A DNA stretch of 45,383 nt from an uncultured Clostridia bacterium (GTDB taxonomy: Bacteria > Bacillota > Dehalobacteriia > UBA4068): assembly GCA_944391235.1 (NCBI GenBank), contig CALXSV010000094.1:1-45383 (forward strand), given 5' to 3'. The notes under the pieces are model-generated. The model saw nothing but the letters and a program-made list of their open reading frames with translations. It had not been told where the DNA came from and did no database searches. The position numbers were made by a program, and so were the translations under genes. Below are positions 9,412 to 18,711 of the stretch, piece after piece (the first letter of the stretch is position 1; each line of letters opens with the position of its first letter).

Positions 9412-9440
9412 ATATTAAGACCTTGCAAGCTGTTTTGCGG

Positions 9441-9516
9441 TGGAGCCGACGATGGGACTCGAACCCGCAACCTGCTGATTACAAATCAGCTGCTCTGCCA
9501 ATTGAGCTACGTCGGC
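9441..9516 (-). tRNA. tRNA-Thr (TGT)
   Basis: Reverse complement is GCCGACGTAGCTCAATTGGCAGAGCAGCTGATTTGTAATCAGCAGGTTGCGGGTTCGAGTCCCATCGTCGGCTCCA. Confidence 0.9.
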
Positions 9517-9532
9517 AAGGCTGACGTTGATT

Positions 9533-9561
9533 ATTATAACATTATTAGCAAGGCTTGTCAA
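9533..9561 (-). promoter_or_regulatory. Consensus sigma-A promoter of the tRNA operon
   Basis: Minus strand reads TTGACA - 17 nt - TATAAT, about 17 nt upstream of the tRNA-Thr 5' end. Confidence 0.75.
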
Positions 9562-9661
9562 TTGATTTCCTCTATTTTTTTAAGAATTATCCGGGCGAAA
9601 AACGGCTTTTTCTACACATCCCCAGTGGCTTGTATTTTGCCCCTGGGGATGCTTTGTTTGC

Positions 9662-10975
9662 TTATTTGCGGTATACTTCGTAGGCCGTCCCATCGATAAC
9701 CAAAGCGATAACACCGCAGGCTGAGGAGAGTGAGCCGTTCTCGTTAAAACGGATTTCTCCTGCCGCCAGATAGGGGGCGGGGAAGGTGCTGCTTTTTAGA
9801 ACCTCTGACACGGTGGCAGCATCTGTGGTTCCCGCCTGTCCAATGGCTTGCGCCATAACGATTATTGCGCTAAACTCACCCAGAGCTGCATTATCCATAT
9901 CCTGTCCGCTTTGCTGTCGGTACAGTTGATTTAGATACTGGTACAGTTCTACGCTGGGATTTTCCTCCTGCGCGTCCTGTAGCGGCAGAGGGGCCACAGA
10001 GCAGCCGCCCCAGAAATCCTGCTCCAGCTCTTTGACTGTGCTGCGGAAGCTGCTGTCTGCATAAGTGCCATTGTAGATTAGTGCGGCCTGCGGCTCATAT
10101 TCTGCTAGTTGATAGGCAGTGGCAAACTGACTTAGATGCCCGGCATTGCCCACGTGGAAAACCACCTGCGCGCCACTTAGGATGAGTCTTTGTACCTGCT
10201 GCGAGATTTGCGTGGCATTAGATGGATAACTGATACGCGCTGCTACCTCAAAGGCATAGCTGGCTGCACTGTTGTTAAAGGCGGTTAAAAATTCCTCATT
10301 CTCTGCTGTTTCTTCATATATTATAGCTACCTTGCTAATACCGGCTGCCTGCGTTTGGTTCAGGTTCCGCAAATAGGAAAAGAAGAGATCGCTTTCCTGG
10401 GCCGGGGTTACTGCCAAATTGTTGAACCAGCTGCCAAAATCATAGCTACCATTGGTCAGGCTGTCCTTTGCCACGGAGCCACAAATCATGGGCAACCAGT
10501 TCTGCCGTGCACGAATCGCCACCTCAGAGGTGGTGTATTCATCTGCTGCGCCAATCAAAGCCACCACACCCAAATCAATCAATTGGGAGGCGGCCCAGCG
10601 TGCTGGGTAGGTTTGCGCCAGCGCTTCGCTGGATGTGCTGTCTGCGTATATCAACTCTATCTGTGCTAAGCCATAGCCGCTAATGCCAGCGGATTGCGCG
10701 ATATCCCAATCCAGAGCATAGCTATTATTTACAATCGCCGCGGCCAGCTGCTGTGCGATTTGCAGGTTTTGCATATTGGTGCTGTTTCCGCCGCCTTGGG
10801 GAAGCACAACGCCCAAATAGACGTTTTCTACCACATATTGTTGGTCATGGAGAATGTTTTCATCCTGCACAATCTCTGGCGTAGGTTCACCAAAGAGAAA
10901 GTCTGTCAATGCACAGCCGCTGCATAAAAGCATCATGCAGAGGATTAGGAGCAGACAGAGCAAAAAGCGTTTCAT
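9662..10975 (-). CDS. ABC-transporter substrate-binding lipoprotein, LivJ / type-1 periplasmic binding protein family, with no adjacent permease or ATPase
   Basis: Lipobox LLCSGC-A. Pattern typical of branched-chain amino-acid binding proteins (IELIYADSTS..., VVALIGAADEYTTSE..., PMICGS). This family call is by eye. Confidence 0.65.
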   Translation of the reverse strand: MKRFLLCLLLILCMMLLCSGCALTDFLFGEPTPEIVQDENILHDQQYVVENVYLGVVLPQGGGNSTNMQNLQIAQQLAAAIVNNSYALDWDIAQSAGISGYGLAQIELIYADSTSSEALAQTYPARWAASQLIDLGVVALIGAADEYTTSEVAIRARQNWLPMICGSVAKDSLTNGSYDFGSWFNNLAVTPAQESDLFFSYLRNLNQTQAAGISKVAIIYEETAENEEFLTAFNNSAASYAFEVAARISYPSNATQISQQVQRLILSGAQVVFHVGNAGHLSQFATAYQLAEYEPQAALIYNGTYADSSFRSTVKELEQDFWGGCSVAPLPLQDAQEENPSVELYQYLNQLYRQQSGQDMDNAALGEFSAIIVMAQAIGQAGTTDAATVSEVLKSSTFPAPYLAAGEIRFNENGSLSSACGVIALVIDGTAYEVYRK

Positions 10976-11016
10976 AACGATAAATCTCCTCGTTGCATAT
11001 CAGTTGTGGGACTCAA

Positions 11017-11850
11017 TCAGCGCAGCATGGCTACGGCTGACATGGCCCCGCGCGCATCGCCCTGGGTGCGCTGGGAATAGAATATCTCTCCATGGCAGAT
11101 GGTACACAGTCCGCCAATGGAAATGTGCTGCGGCTGTAGGCCTGCCTCGAGCAGAACCAAGCGGTTGGCGCGCCATAAATCGGGGATAAATTTTCCCGGT
11201 TGCAGTAGCTTCTGAACAATTGGACCCTGCTCGTCATGAAAATCGGCAAAAGCGGCGGCACAGTCCGCATCTACCTCATAGCAGCAGGGGCCAGCAGAAG
11301 GGCCCAGCGCTGCATACATGCTTTTTATATCACAACCGCGCTGTACCAGCTGCCTAACGGCTACCGCTGCAATTTTGGCGGCTGTACCGCGCCACCCTGC
11401 ATGTACATTGGCGGCCATATTCTTATCCGGCGCATAAATAATCACGGGTACGCAGTCCGCATATTGGGTAATAGCCGGCAGCTGTGGCTGGTCAATGATC
11501 CAGCCGTCAATGTTCTGGTAATCTCGCTGTCGTATAATGCCCTTTCCTGCATCTGCCTCGCTTGCTACGCGCAGACCAATGCCATGCGTTTGGTGCGATA
11601 GCATGGCGCGCTGCCAGTCAAAGCCTACAGCCTGGCCGTAACGCTGCCAGTTGCGGCGCACCACATCTTCGGCATCGCCTCGATTAAAGCCTAGATTGAG
11701 CGAGTGAAAGCTGCCTTGGCTTTCTCCGCCAATGCGAGAGGAAAAGGCGTGCAAAAAGCGATCGCTGAACTGATCAAGCAGCGGTGCTGTATAGTAAAGC
11801 ACGCCGTTGCTTTCGTGCGCCCGCAGCGTTTCGCTTTGTAAATAGCTCAT
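11017..11850 (-). CDS. pgeF: Peptidoglycan editing factor PgeF (YfiH/DUF152, laccase-domain protein)
   Basis: Motifs SHQTHG, ADCVPV, HAGWRG and CTxC..FYS, characteristic of the YfiH family. Confidence 0.85.
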   Translation of the reverse strand: MSYLQSETLRAHESNGVLYYTAPLLDQFSDRFLHAFSSRIGGESQGSFHSLNLGFNRGDAEDVVRRNWQRYGQAVGFDWQRAMLSHQTHGIGLRVASEADAGKGIIRQRDYQNIDGWIIDQPQLPAITQYADCVPVIIYAPDKNMAANVHAGWRGTAAKIAAVAVRQLVQRGCDIKSMYAALGPSAGPCCYEVDADCAAAFADFHDEQGPIVQKLLQPGKFIPDLWRANRLVLLEAGLQPQHISIGGLCTICHGEIFYSQRTQGDARGAMSAVAMLR

Positions 11851-12103
11851 GCTTATTCATCCTTTCACTATACTGCCCACCTGGCGATCTACTTGGTGGT
11901 ATGAGGAAAAGCAGCATGTAAATATACTATTATATTATTAAAACATATTTTACTATACTTGACAAGTGCGTTGTTCTTTATTTTGCTGGATGTTCAGCCA
12001 AAGAACACAGAAACAAAACGCTTGTCTGCGTTTGTTTTCTTCTGCGCCCTTGCCATCTGATTCGCTTCCGCAGTATATGTGTTCTAGGTATAAAAATATA
12101 CAT

Positions 12104-12125
12104 GCCCTGCACAGGTGTGCAGGGC
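12104..12125 (-). terminator. Terminator hairpin after the 12142-12666 gene
   Basis: GCCCTGCAC-AGGT-GTGCAGGGC, followed on the minus strand by a T-rich run. A second hairpin at 12011-12038 may back it up. Confidence 0.6.
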
Positions 12126-12141
12126 AACGAAAGGAGCATCT

Positions 12142-12666
12142 TTATTTGTCCTCTTCCTCTATCCAGTATTCCCAGGCGCAAGCGCAGGTCTTGTCTGTGA
12201 TTTGCGGATAGCAGCTGATGCAGCGGCATTTAATGCGTGGATCAATGGTACGCCCAAATCCAGTATATTCCTCCAGACCCACATCATGGCAGGGATGCCA
12301 TTCCATGTTTTTGCGTGAACGCGCTGTCTGTACGCGGCAGTCTTCTGTACGATAGATAAGGTGATCGCCTTCATAATGTATGGTGGTTTCGTTAATCACG
12401 GCGTTGGTGCGCAGCATCAATGCTTTTTCCAGGCCGGGCAGGCCGCAGCCGTCTGGTAGTCCGAGAAAGTCCTTGATACGCTTCGCTTCCAACACAGTAA
12501 AGGTTTTCCACATTTCGATATCCGAGTCAATCGCCTCGTCCATGCCCCATTTACGCTCAACAGATTGGAACCACAGGCCATCGGTAGCAGACCATTCCTT
12601 GCAGTACATCTCAATCAAATCCAGCAATTGTTCCCGGCTTAAATCTTGGAATGCGGGGTTTTTCAT
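12142..12666 (-). CDS. Hypothetical cytosolic protein with a Cys-rich C-terminus (possibly DUF6125-like)
   Basis: 174 aa with no signal peptide. The C-terminal third carries 7 Cys and 2 His (C..PCHD...CRCISC...CAC). Assigning it to a named DUF is from memory only. Confidence 0.55.
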   Translation of the reverse strand: MKNPAFQDLSREQLLDLIEMYCKEWSATDGLWFQSVERKWGMDEAIDSDIEMWKTFTVLEAKRIKDFLGLPDGCGLPGLEKALMLRTNAVINETTIHYEGDHLIYRTEDCRVQTARSRKNMEWHPCHDVGLEEYTGFGRTIDPRIKCRCISCYPQITDKTCACAWEYWIEEEDK

Positions 12667-12762
12667 AGCTTTATTCCTCCAAAATATACAGAATGTCTAT
12701 ATCCATAGGGATGCAGGAAGCAGCCTGCATCTCCAAGGTATAGCGGAAAAAACAGCCTGCGT

Positions 12763-13431
12763 TCAGGCAGGCTGCTCCATGGCGCATAACCGTTTGTAAG
12801 CAGCGTAAAACAGCAGCAGGGAAAGGCTCATCAACAGGTGCGCGGTTCCATTGTAGTTAAAGGACCAGATAAAAGTGAAATTGCCCAGATGAGCACCCTG
12901 TAGGATGCCGCCTAGAATTTGCAGGCCTACAGCCAGTAAGATCCTCCCGCTACCAGCCCGATTTTTCTGCCAGAGTCGGAAGTAACCGATGCCGCCGCTG
13001 CCCAGGCAAAACGCGGCATAGATAAAGAACAATTTGAGCCTCCAGTAATTCAGATCTTCCAGCTGATGGAAAATTACCATCAGGGCTGCAAATAATACGG
13101 CGCAGCACAGCATGGCCCTCCGCGTATAGCTGCGGTATTCCGGCTCACAGCACAGGATGAGAAGAAAGCAACTGGCTGTTGCGTACATAAGCAACACCAG
13201 CGGTCCCCACCAAAAATCAATGTACGCCTGTGGTAGGACAAGACCGTGCAGATATGCCCCCAGCGCAGAGGAGAGCAGGAATAGCGTAAAGAACAGCATC
13301 CACACGCGCTGCCGTCTTACATTGCTATCCGGTGTGCGTTGAATAAGCATGCCGAGGACGAGCGCCAGCAGCACGTTAATCAGATCTGTAACAGCTGTAG
13401 TTGCTGCTGCTCCGCTGGTAAAAAGGGGCAT
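12763..13431 (-). CDS. Hypothetical polytopic membrane protein (about 7 TM)
   Basis: 222 aa, hydrophobic helices throughout, no recognisable motif. Confidence 0.6.
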   Translation of the reverse strand: MPLFTSGAAATTAVTDLINVLLALVLGMLIQRTPDSNVRRQRVWMLFFTLFLLSSALGAYLHGLVLPQAYIDFWWGPLVLLMYATASCFLLILCCEPEYRSYTRRAMLCCAVLFAALMVIFHQLEDLNYWRLKLFFIYAAFCLGSGGIGYFRLWQKNRAGSGRILLAVGLQILGGILQGAHLGNFTFIWSFNYNGTAHLLMSLSLLLFYAAYKRLCAMEQPA

Positions 13432-13462
13432 AAGCGCCTCCTGTGCAAAGGGTGATAGCGGT

Positions 13463-15049
13463 TTAGTTTCCTATGTACTCAGCCAACCGCTGAAAGATGA
13501 CGGCTGCTTCTGCGCGGGTTGCTTTGTTGGTGGGGCGGAAACTGCCGTCCGTATTGCCAGTGATAATGCCCGCAGTGGCACAGGCGCTGACGCTTTCATA
13601 GGCCCATTCACTGATGTCCTCTACGTCTGAAAAGGATGCTTCTCCGGGATGGGGGAGCGGATTATCAATCATGCGCAGATATTGGTCAATTATATAGGTC
13701 ATCTGCTGCCGGGTGATATCGTCGTCTGCGCCAAAATGGTTGTTGCCATAGCCTTGAATGATACCGTTGGCCTTCGCCCAGCCAATATATAGTGCATAGT
13801 AGCTGTCTACATCAATATCGTCAAAGGTAGCGGCAGCGGCAAAATAATCGCTGCCAATGCGGTTGCCGTTCATCTCGTGCAGGCGACCCAATATGGTAAC
13901 GAACATACCACGCGACAGGGATTTGTTTGGCGCGAACAGAGTACTGGAAACGCCCTGCATAAGTCCATTTTTGTAGCAATAGCTGACATAGGGTCGGCTC
14001 CACTCTGTTAAATCCGTAAAGGGCAGTTCGTCAAAGCTGCTTTCTTGCTCCAGCATGGCCACAAATTGCTCGGATACAACCCGCCCACCACTGGCTGAGA
14101 TCACAATATTGTCGTGCTCATCATCCCCTTCGTTCAGGAAGATGTAGGAGCGGCTGTCCGGAATCATGGAAAAATAGCTCCAGTCCACAAAGCGCAGCAC
14201 ATCGCTGCCTGTATCAAAGGTATAGGTAAAGGTGGGATCTGCCAGCACCCAGCCGCTACCGGGCAGATAAAATTCCACCCAGGTATGACGCAGCGAGGTG
14301 ATGTCCAGAGGCAGCTGACCCGCTTTTTCCGCCGTATAAAGGTAGCCGCTAATCTGGCGGCAGTAGATGCCAGCTGCCCGTAGGGTGGCAAGCAGCAGAT
14401 TGGTATAGCCCTCGCAGTTGGCTGTGCCGCGCTCCAGCACGCTGACCGCATCCTGCGGCAGGCCCGTATCCTCATAGGTAATGCGCAGGTTCACGGCAGA
14501 AAACAAAGAACGGACAATGCGGTAAGCAATGGTTTCGCTGCCAATTACCTCTTTGGTAAAGTCAATGATGCGTTGGTCATCACAGGAAATGTTAGTTGTT
14601 GCGCGCAGATAGGACTGTAGGTTGCGCTGTTCTGCCTCAGTGTAGTCGCTCAGCAGCAGGCTGGTATCGTAATCATATTCTGCGGCATAGGTTTTTAGCG
14701 CGTATTTTTGCTCCAGCACCACGCTCGCATCCGCAGCCAGCCTGTCCAGATAGTAGATGGCATAGCGGCGACCATCACTTTGTGTAATGATTTCATCCGG
14801 CTCTGGCGTTAATTGCTGGTCGCTGCTTTGTGAATAGGCAACATCCAACTCCGCCATTAGCGGTACGGTTACGGTTACCGAACGTGCAGTGGTAGTAGCG
14901 TCGTTGTGTATGGTAATGCGATGCACCAGCGTGTATGTACTGGCTTCCCCCAATTCAATACTGCTGGCAGCGGCTGCCGGAACAGCCGCTACGACAAGCA
15001 GTAGCATGCTAAGTAAAGCAACGACAAATACGTAAGCTCTTTTTCTCAT
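13463..15049 (-). CDS. Secreted transglutaminase-like (Cys-protease fold) protein with three C-terminal SLH domains
   Basis: AGGAGG lies 6 nt before the ATG at 15049. Signal peptide MRKRAYVFVVALLSMLLLVVAAVPAAAA. Transglutaminase core GTANCEGYTNLLLATLRAAGI...HTWVEFY...ADP. Three SLH repeats begin FTDLTEW, FDDIDVDSYY and FSDVEDISEW. Confidence 0.8.
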   Translation of the reverse strand: MRKRAYVFVVALLSMLLLVVAAVPAAAASSIELGEASTYTLVHRITIHNDATTTARSVTVTVPLMAELDVAYSQSSDQQLTPEPDEIITQSDGRRYAIYYLDRLAADASVVLEQKYALKTYAAEYDYDTSLLLSDYTEAEQRNLQSYLRATTNISCDDQRIIDFTKEVIGSETIAYRIVRSLFSAVNLRITYEDTGLPQDAVSVLERGTANCEGYTNLLLATLRAAGIYCRQISGYLYTAEKAGQLPLDITSLRHTWVEFYLPGSGWVLADPTFTYTFDTGSDVLRFVDWSYFSMIPDSRSYIFLNEGDDEHDNIVISASGGRVVSEQFVAMLEQESSFDELPFTDLTEWSRPYVSYCYKNGLMQGVSSTLFAPNKSLSRGMFVTILGRLHEMNGNRIGSDYFAAAATFDDIDVDSYYALYIGWAKANGIIQGYGNNHFGADDDITRQQMTYIIDQYLRMIDNPLPHPGEASFSDVEDISEWAYESVSACATAGIITGNTDGSFRPTNKATRAEAAVIFQRLAEYIGN

Positions 15050-15100
15050 ACTTGACCTCCTGTGGGCTGACGCCCCGCACGGATTCACCCTGGAGGTGGT

Positions 15101-16447
15101 TTATTGGTTTGCCTGCGGTTTTCTTACCAGCGCCCATTCAATGCGGCGGTCTGCAACCTTTTCCACCTGAATCTCCAGTCCCCAAATGTTTACCACCGGT
15201 TGACTGCCATCGGCGGGAATCTCGCTTAAAGCGCTAAAGATGAGTCCGCCTACGGTTTCAAATTCCTCTTCCATTTCTTCCGGTATGGTAATATCCAGTG
15301 CTTCACAAAATTCTTCTATTTCACAGCTCCCCGCCACCTGCCACAGATTTTCTTCCAGGCGGATAATATCGCTATCCTCCGGCTTATCTGATTCATCGTA
15401 AATATTGCCAACGATTTCCTCCAGCAGGTCCTCCATGGTAACCAGTCCGGCCGTGCCGCCATATTCGTCCACTACTACGGCCAGATGCTGCTGCTTTTGC
15501 TGCATCTGCCGGAACAGGCGGTCGGCAATAATGGTTTCCGGTACAAACAGGGTGGGGGTAATTAGCTCGTGCAGTGTTTTAGGCGTGCTGCTTTGCGCGT
15601 TGAGCAGAAAGTCACGCGCCAGCAGTAAGCCCAGTATATCATCTATATCCTCCCCGCACACCGGATAGCGCGAGCGCCCGGTTTGCCGGATTCGCTCCAC
15701 AATATCTTCGGTGCTGTCATCTATCCATACCACTACCATATCCGTACGGTGTACCATAACGTCTTCGGCAGTGATATTGTTGAATTCAAAGATGTTATCA
15801 ATCATTTCCTTTTCCGTGGCTTCAATGGCGCCTTTTTCCTCGCCGATGTCCACCATCAGACGAATCTCCTCTTCGGAGACCTGTTCCTCTTGCTGATTGG
15901 GGTCCACGCCAAACAGATGCAGCAAGCCATTTGTGGAAATGGTTAGCAGCCAGACCACTGGACGGAAGATAGTGCCCGCTATCAGGACAACGCCGCTGGT
16001 CAGCTGGGTGACTTTTTCCGGTTTGGCCATAGCCAGACGCTTTGGTACCAGTTCGCCTAGCACCAAGGTGAAGTAGGAAAGCACAATTGTGATGACTACC
16101 ACGCTAATGGTACTGAGCATGCTGCGCGAAATGCTCCAGCCGCAGTCGTTAATCAACCAATCTACCAGCGGATCAGAAAAGGTATCCGCAGCAAAGGCTG
16201 AGGCCAGAAAACCAGCCAGCGTAATAGCAATCTGAATGGTGGAAAGAAACTGTGTGGGCTGCTCCACCAGGCGCAGCAACTTGCGCGCTTTGGCATTGCC
16301 ATTTTCTGCTTCGTAGCGCAGCTTATTGCCGTTGAGTGAGATAACCGCGATTTCCGCTGCCGCAAAAAAAGCATTGATTAGCAGAAGAATAAAGACAATG
16401 ATTAACTTTCGCCCTAATGGGTCGTCCAAGGGTATAACCTCCTTCAT
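15101..16447 (-). CDS. CNNM/DUF21-CBS-CorC_HlyC family protein (hemolysin-like, putative divalent-cation efflux)
   Basis: N-terminal DUF21 TM domain, a CBS pair (VMVHRTDM..., RYPVCGEDIDDILG) and a C-terminal CorC/HlyC domain (the region around VADRRIEWALV). Confidence 0.85.
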   Translation of the reverse strand: MKEVIPLDDPLGRKLIIVFILLLINAFFAAAEIAVISLNGNKLRYEAENGNAKARKLLRLVEQPTQFLSTIQIAITLAGFLASAFAADTFSDPLVDWLINDCGWSISRSMLSTISVVVITIVLSYFTLVLGELVPKRLAMAKPEKVTQLTSGVVLIAGTIFRPVVWLLTISTNGLLHLFGVDPNQQEEQVSEEEIRLMVDIGEEKGAIEATEKEMIDNIFEFNNITAEDVMVHRTDMVVVWIDDSTEDIVERIRQTGRSRYPVCGEDIDDILGLLLARDFLLNAQSSTPKTLHELITPTLFVPETIIADRLFRQMQQKQQHLAVVVDEYGGTAGLVTMEDLLEEIVGNIYDESDKPEDSDIIRLEENLWQVAGSCEIEEFCEALDITIPEEMEEEFETVGGLIFSALSEIPADGSQPVVNIWGLEIQVEKVADRRIEWALVRKPQANQ

Positions 16448-16588
16448 AATAAAACAACTTTTACTTCATGCGTTACATATGGTAAGCGTATATAAACACT
16501 GTAGCACTTTCCTGGTCAAAGTAGGGCTTTTTCCTTCTTTGCCTGTATTATACCACAGATGTTCATCTGCATAAACAGGGCACGGCAA

Positions 16589-17551
16589 TTATTCGAACCC
16601 CAGTTGCTGTTTCAGCTCCAGTGCATAGGTATCTGTCATGCCAGCGATATAGTCGCATACCGCCTGCTCCAATGGCTGCCGCTGAAATTCCGGCGGCATT
16701 TCCTCCGCATGGTTGCAAAAATAGTGGAACAGCTTGCGGATAAATTCACCTAAGCGGTTTTCCTCCTCCACTTTAAGCGGATGATAGTATACCTGCTGAA
16801 ACATGAACTCGCGCAGCTCATTCATGGCCGCAGCGCAGGGTTCGCTCATCTCTACTACCGGCCGACCTTGGCTGGTAGCGACGATGTCTGTTACCATGGT
16901 GTTGATGCGATGACTTTGCGTATCGCCCAGATATTCCACCAAAGAGGTTGGCAGGGCGTTGGGTGCTAGATATCCGCTGCGCACAGCATCGTCAATATCG
17001 TGGTTCAGATAGCCGACCCGGTCGCACAGACGTACCACTGCGCCTTCCAGGGTAAAAGGCAGTTGCTCGCCGGTATGGCATAGCAGCCCATCGCAGGTTT
17101 CCGGCGTTAAATTCAGTCCGCGACCTTCTTTTTCCAGATGCTGCACAATACGCAGGCTTTGGCGGTTGTGGGAAAAGCCGGGATATACGGAGGCGAGCGC
17201 GCGCTCGCCAGCATGGCCAAAAGGGGTGTGCCCCAGATCATGTCCCAGCGCAATGGCCTCGGTTAAATCCTCATTGAGATGCAGGGCCCGGCTAACCACG
17301 CGGCTGATTTGCGCGACTTCCAGCGTATGTGTTAGCCGCGTGCGGAAATGGTCGCCGTGGGGGTTAATAAATACCTGCGTTTTATGTTTGAGCCGGCGAA
17401 AGGATTTGCTGTGGATAATCCGATCTCTATCATGCTGCCAGGCCGTACGCAATGGATCTTCTGGCTCGGGAACTGCGCGGGCACGCGCTGCCGCACTATG
17501 AGCCGCCCAGGGCGCCAGATATAAATTCTCCACTGTTATCCAGTGCTCCAT
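16589..17551 (-). CDS. dgt: dGTP triphosphohydrolase-like HD-domain protein
   Basis: DRDRIIHSKSFRRLKHKTQVF, RLTHTLEVAQISR, GHDLGHTPFGH, DRVGYLNHDIDD. Confidence 0.85.
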   Translation of the reverse strand: MEHWITVENLYLAPWAAHSAAARARAVPEPEDPLRTAWQHDRDRIIHSKSFRRLKHKTQVFINPHGDHFRTRLTHTLEVAQISRVVSRALHLNEDLTEAIALGHDLGHTPFGHAGERALASVYPGFSHNRQSLRIVQHLEKEGRGLNLTPETCDGLLCHTGEQLPFTLEGAVVRLCDRVGYLNHDIDDAVRSGYLAPNALPTSLVEYLGDTQSHRINTMVTDIVATSQGRPVVEMSEPCAAAMNELREFMFQQVYYHPLKVEEENRLGEFIRKLFHYFCNHAEEMPPEFQRQPLEQAVCDYIAGMTDTYALELKQQLGFE

Positions 17552-17736
17552 ACCGTGGCCTCCCTTAAATATATGTATTCAGTATAATATGATAGCATAA
17601 CTGGGGCTGTTTTGTCCAGTGGCATCTGCTATTTCTCTGTCAGGAGGTTCTTGTGGCAGGGACGGCGGGCAGCCACAAGATATAGTTGCTTGAGCAAAGC
17701 AATATGTAAAATCGGCATAATGCTGGGCAAAATCAA

Positions 17737-17765
17737 TTGACAAGCCGTGATTTGTAAGATATAAT
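17737..17765 (+). promoter_or_regulatory. Consensus sigma-A promoter for rpmH-rnpA
   Basis: TTGACA (17737-17742) - 17 nt - TATAAT (17760-17765), 63 nt upstream of the rpmH ATG. Confidence 0.75.
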
Positions 17766-17828
17766 TCATCTGTTAGCGTAAATTAGGGGCGTCTGCCTTG
17801 CCCCAAAAATAAAAGGAGGAAATCTATA

Positions 17829-17963
17829 ATGAAGAGAACTTACCAGCCTAAAAAACGTGTCCATAAAAGAGTCCATGGTTTTATGGCTCGTATGAGCACC
17901 AAGAGTGGCCGCAATGTTCTGGCTCGCCGCCGTGCCAAAGGCCGTAAATCCTTGTCTGTTTAA
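17829..17963 (+). CDS. rpmH: 50S ribosomal protein L34
   Basis: Below the ORF-track size cutoff. Translation: [50 protein letters not shown] lies 9 nt upstream. Confidence 0.95.
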   Translation: MKRTYQPKKRVHKRVHGFMARMSTKSGRNVLARRRAKGRKSLSV

Positions 17964-17969
17964 GGATTC

Positions 17970-18308
17970 ATGTTAAAGCGGGAATACCGTTTATGCTTGC
18001 GCCGTGACTTTAACCGCGTCTACCGCAGGGGACAAAGTATTGCTGTACCTGCCTTTGTGCTGTACCGCTGGAAGAATGGCGGCGGAGCTCCACGGTTGGG
18101 TTTTTCTGTGTCAAAAAAAATTGGCAAAGCTGTGGTGCGCAATCGCATAAAGCGCCGCTTCCGCGCTGCTGTGCGCGAGGAGTTCAGCTGTTTTGATGCT
18201 GGCTATGATTATATTTTTGTTGTGCGTCGGGCGGCGCTGGATATGGATTACGCCGCTCTGCGTGCTGCCATTGTAAAGGGGGCGGTGGCAGCCGGTCGTA
18301 AGCATTAG
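17970..18308 (+). CDS. rnpA: Ribonuclease P protein component
   Basis: 112 aa basic protein (GFSVSKKIGKAVVRNRIKRR) immediately after rpmH. Confidence 0.9.
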   Translation: MLKREYRLCLRRDFNRVYRRGQSIAVPAFVLYRWKNGGGAPRLGFSVSKKIGKAVVRNRIKRRFRAAVREEFSCFDAGYDYIFVVRRAALDMDYAALRAAIVKGAVAAGRKH

Positions 18309-18350
18309 TCCGGCTCCCGGCCTCTAGATTGTATTGGGGAGGTTGTGCCT

Positions 18351-18593
18351 GTGAAGACGCTGGTTACTTTCGTGAAGGCAGTCATGAAGCAACTCGTCAT
18401 TATTTTGGTAAAAATGTATCGTCTACTTATTTCTCCCCTTTTCCCGCCTTGCTGTATTTATACGCCTACCTGCTCTGCTTATATGATTGAGGCAGTGGAA
18501 AAGTACGGCGTAGTAAAGGGTGTTTACCTAGGGGTTAAGCGTTTACTGCGTTGCCATCCTTGGCATGAGGGCGGTTACGACCCCGTACCCTAA
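18351..18593 (+). CDS. yidD: Membrane protein insertion efficiency factor YidD
   Basis: [31 protein letters not shown]...[17 protein letters not shown]. The GTG at 18351 sits 8 nt after GGAGG. The track start at 18345 is too close to the SD. Confidence 0.85.
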   Translation: MKTLVTFVKAVMKQLVIILVKMYRLLISPLFPPCCIYTPTCSAYMIEAVEKYGVVKGVYLGVKRLLRCHPWHEGGYDPVP

Positions 18594-18711
18594 GCGCTTA
18601 TGCCTAAAGCTGTTTCTTGTAGGTAAAGTGTTTGCGCTCTGCTGCGCACGTCAGATGAGCGCCTTTTTTATCTCCTGTTTTTATTCCAAAATAAATAAGT
18701 TTTTATAAGAA

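Noticed and set aside
17552-17828. Possible oriC / DnaA-box cluster upstream of rpmH
   Set aside because: No TTATCCACA or TGTGGATAA matches lie in the intergenic region. The only near match lies within the dgt coding sequence, and dnaA is not adjacent.
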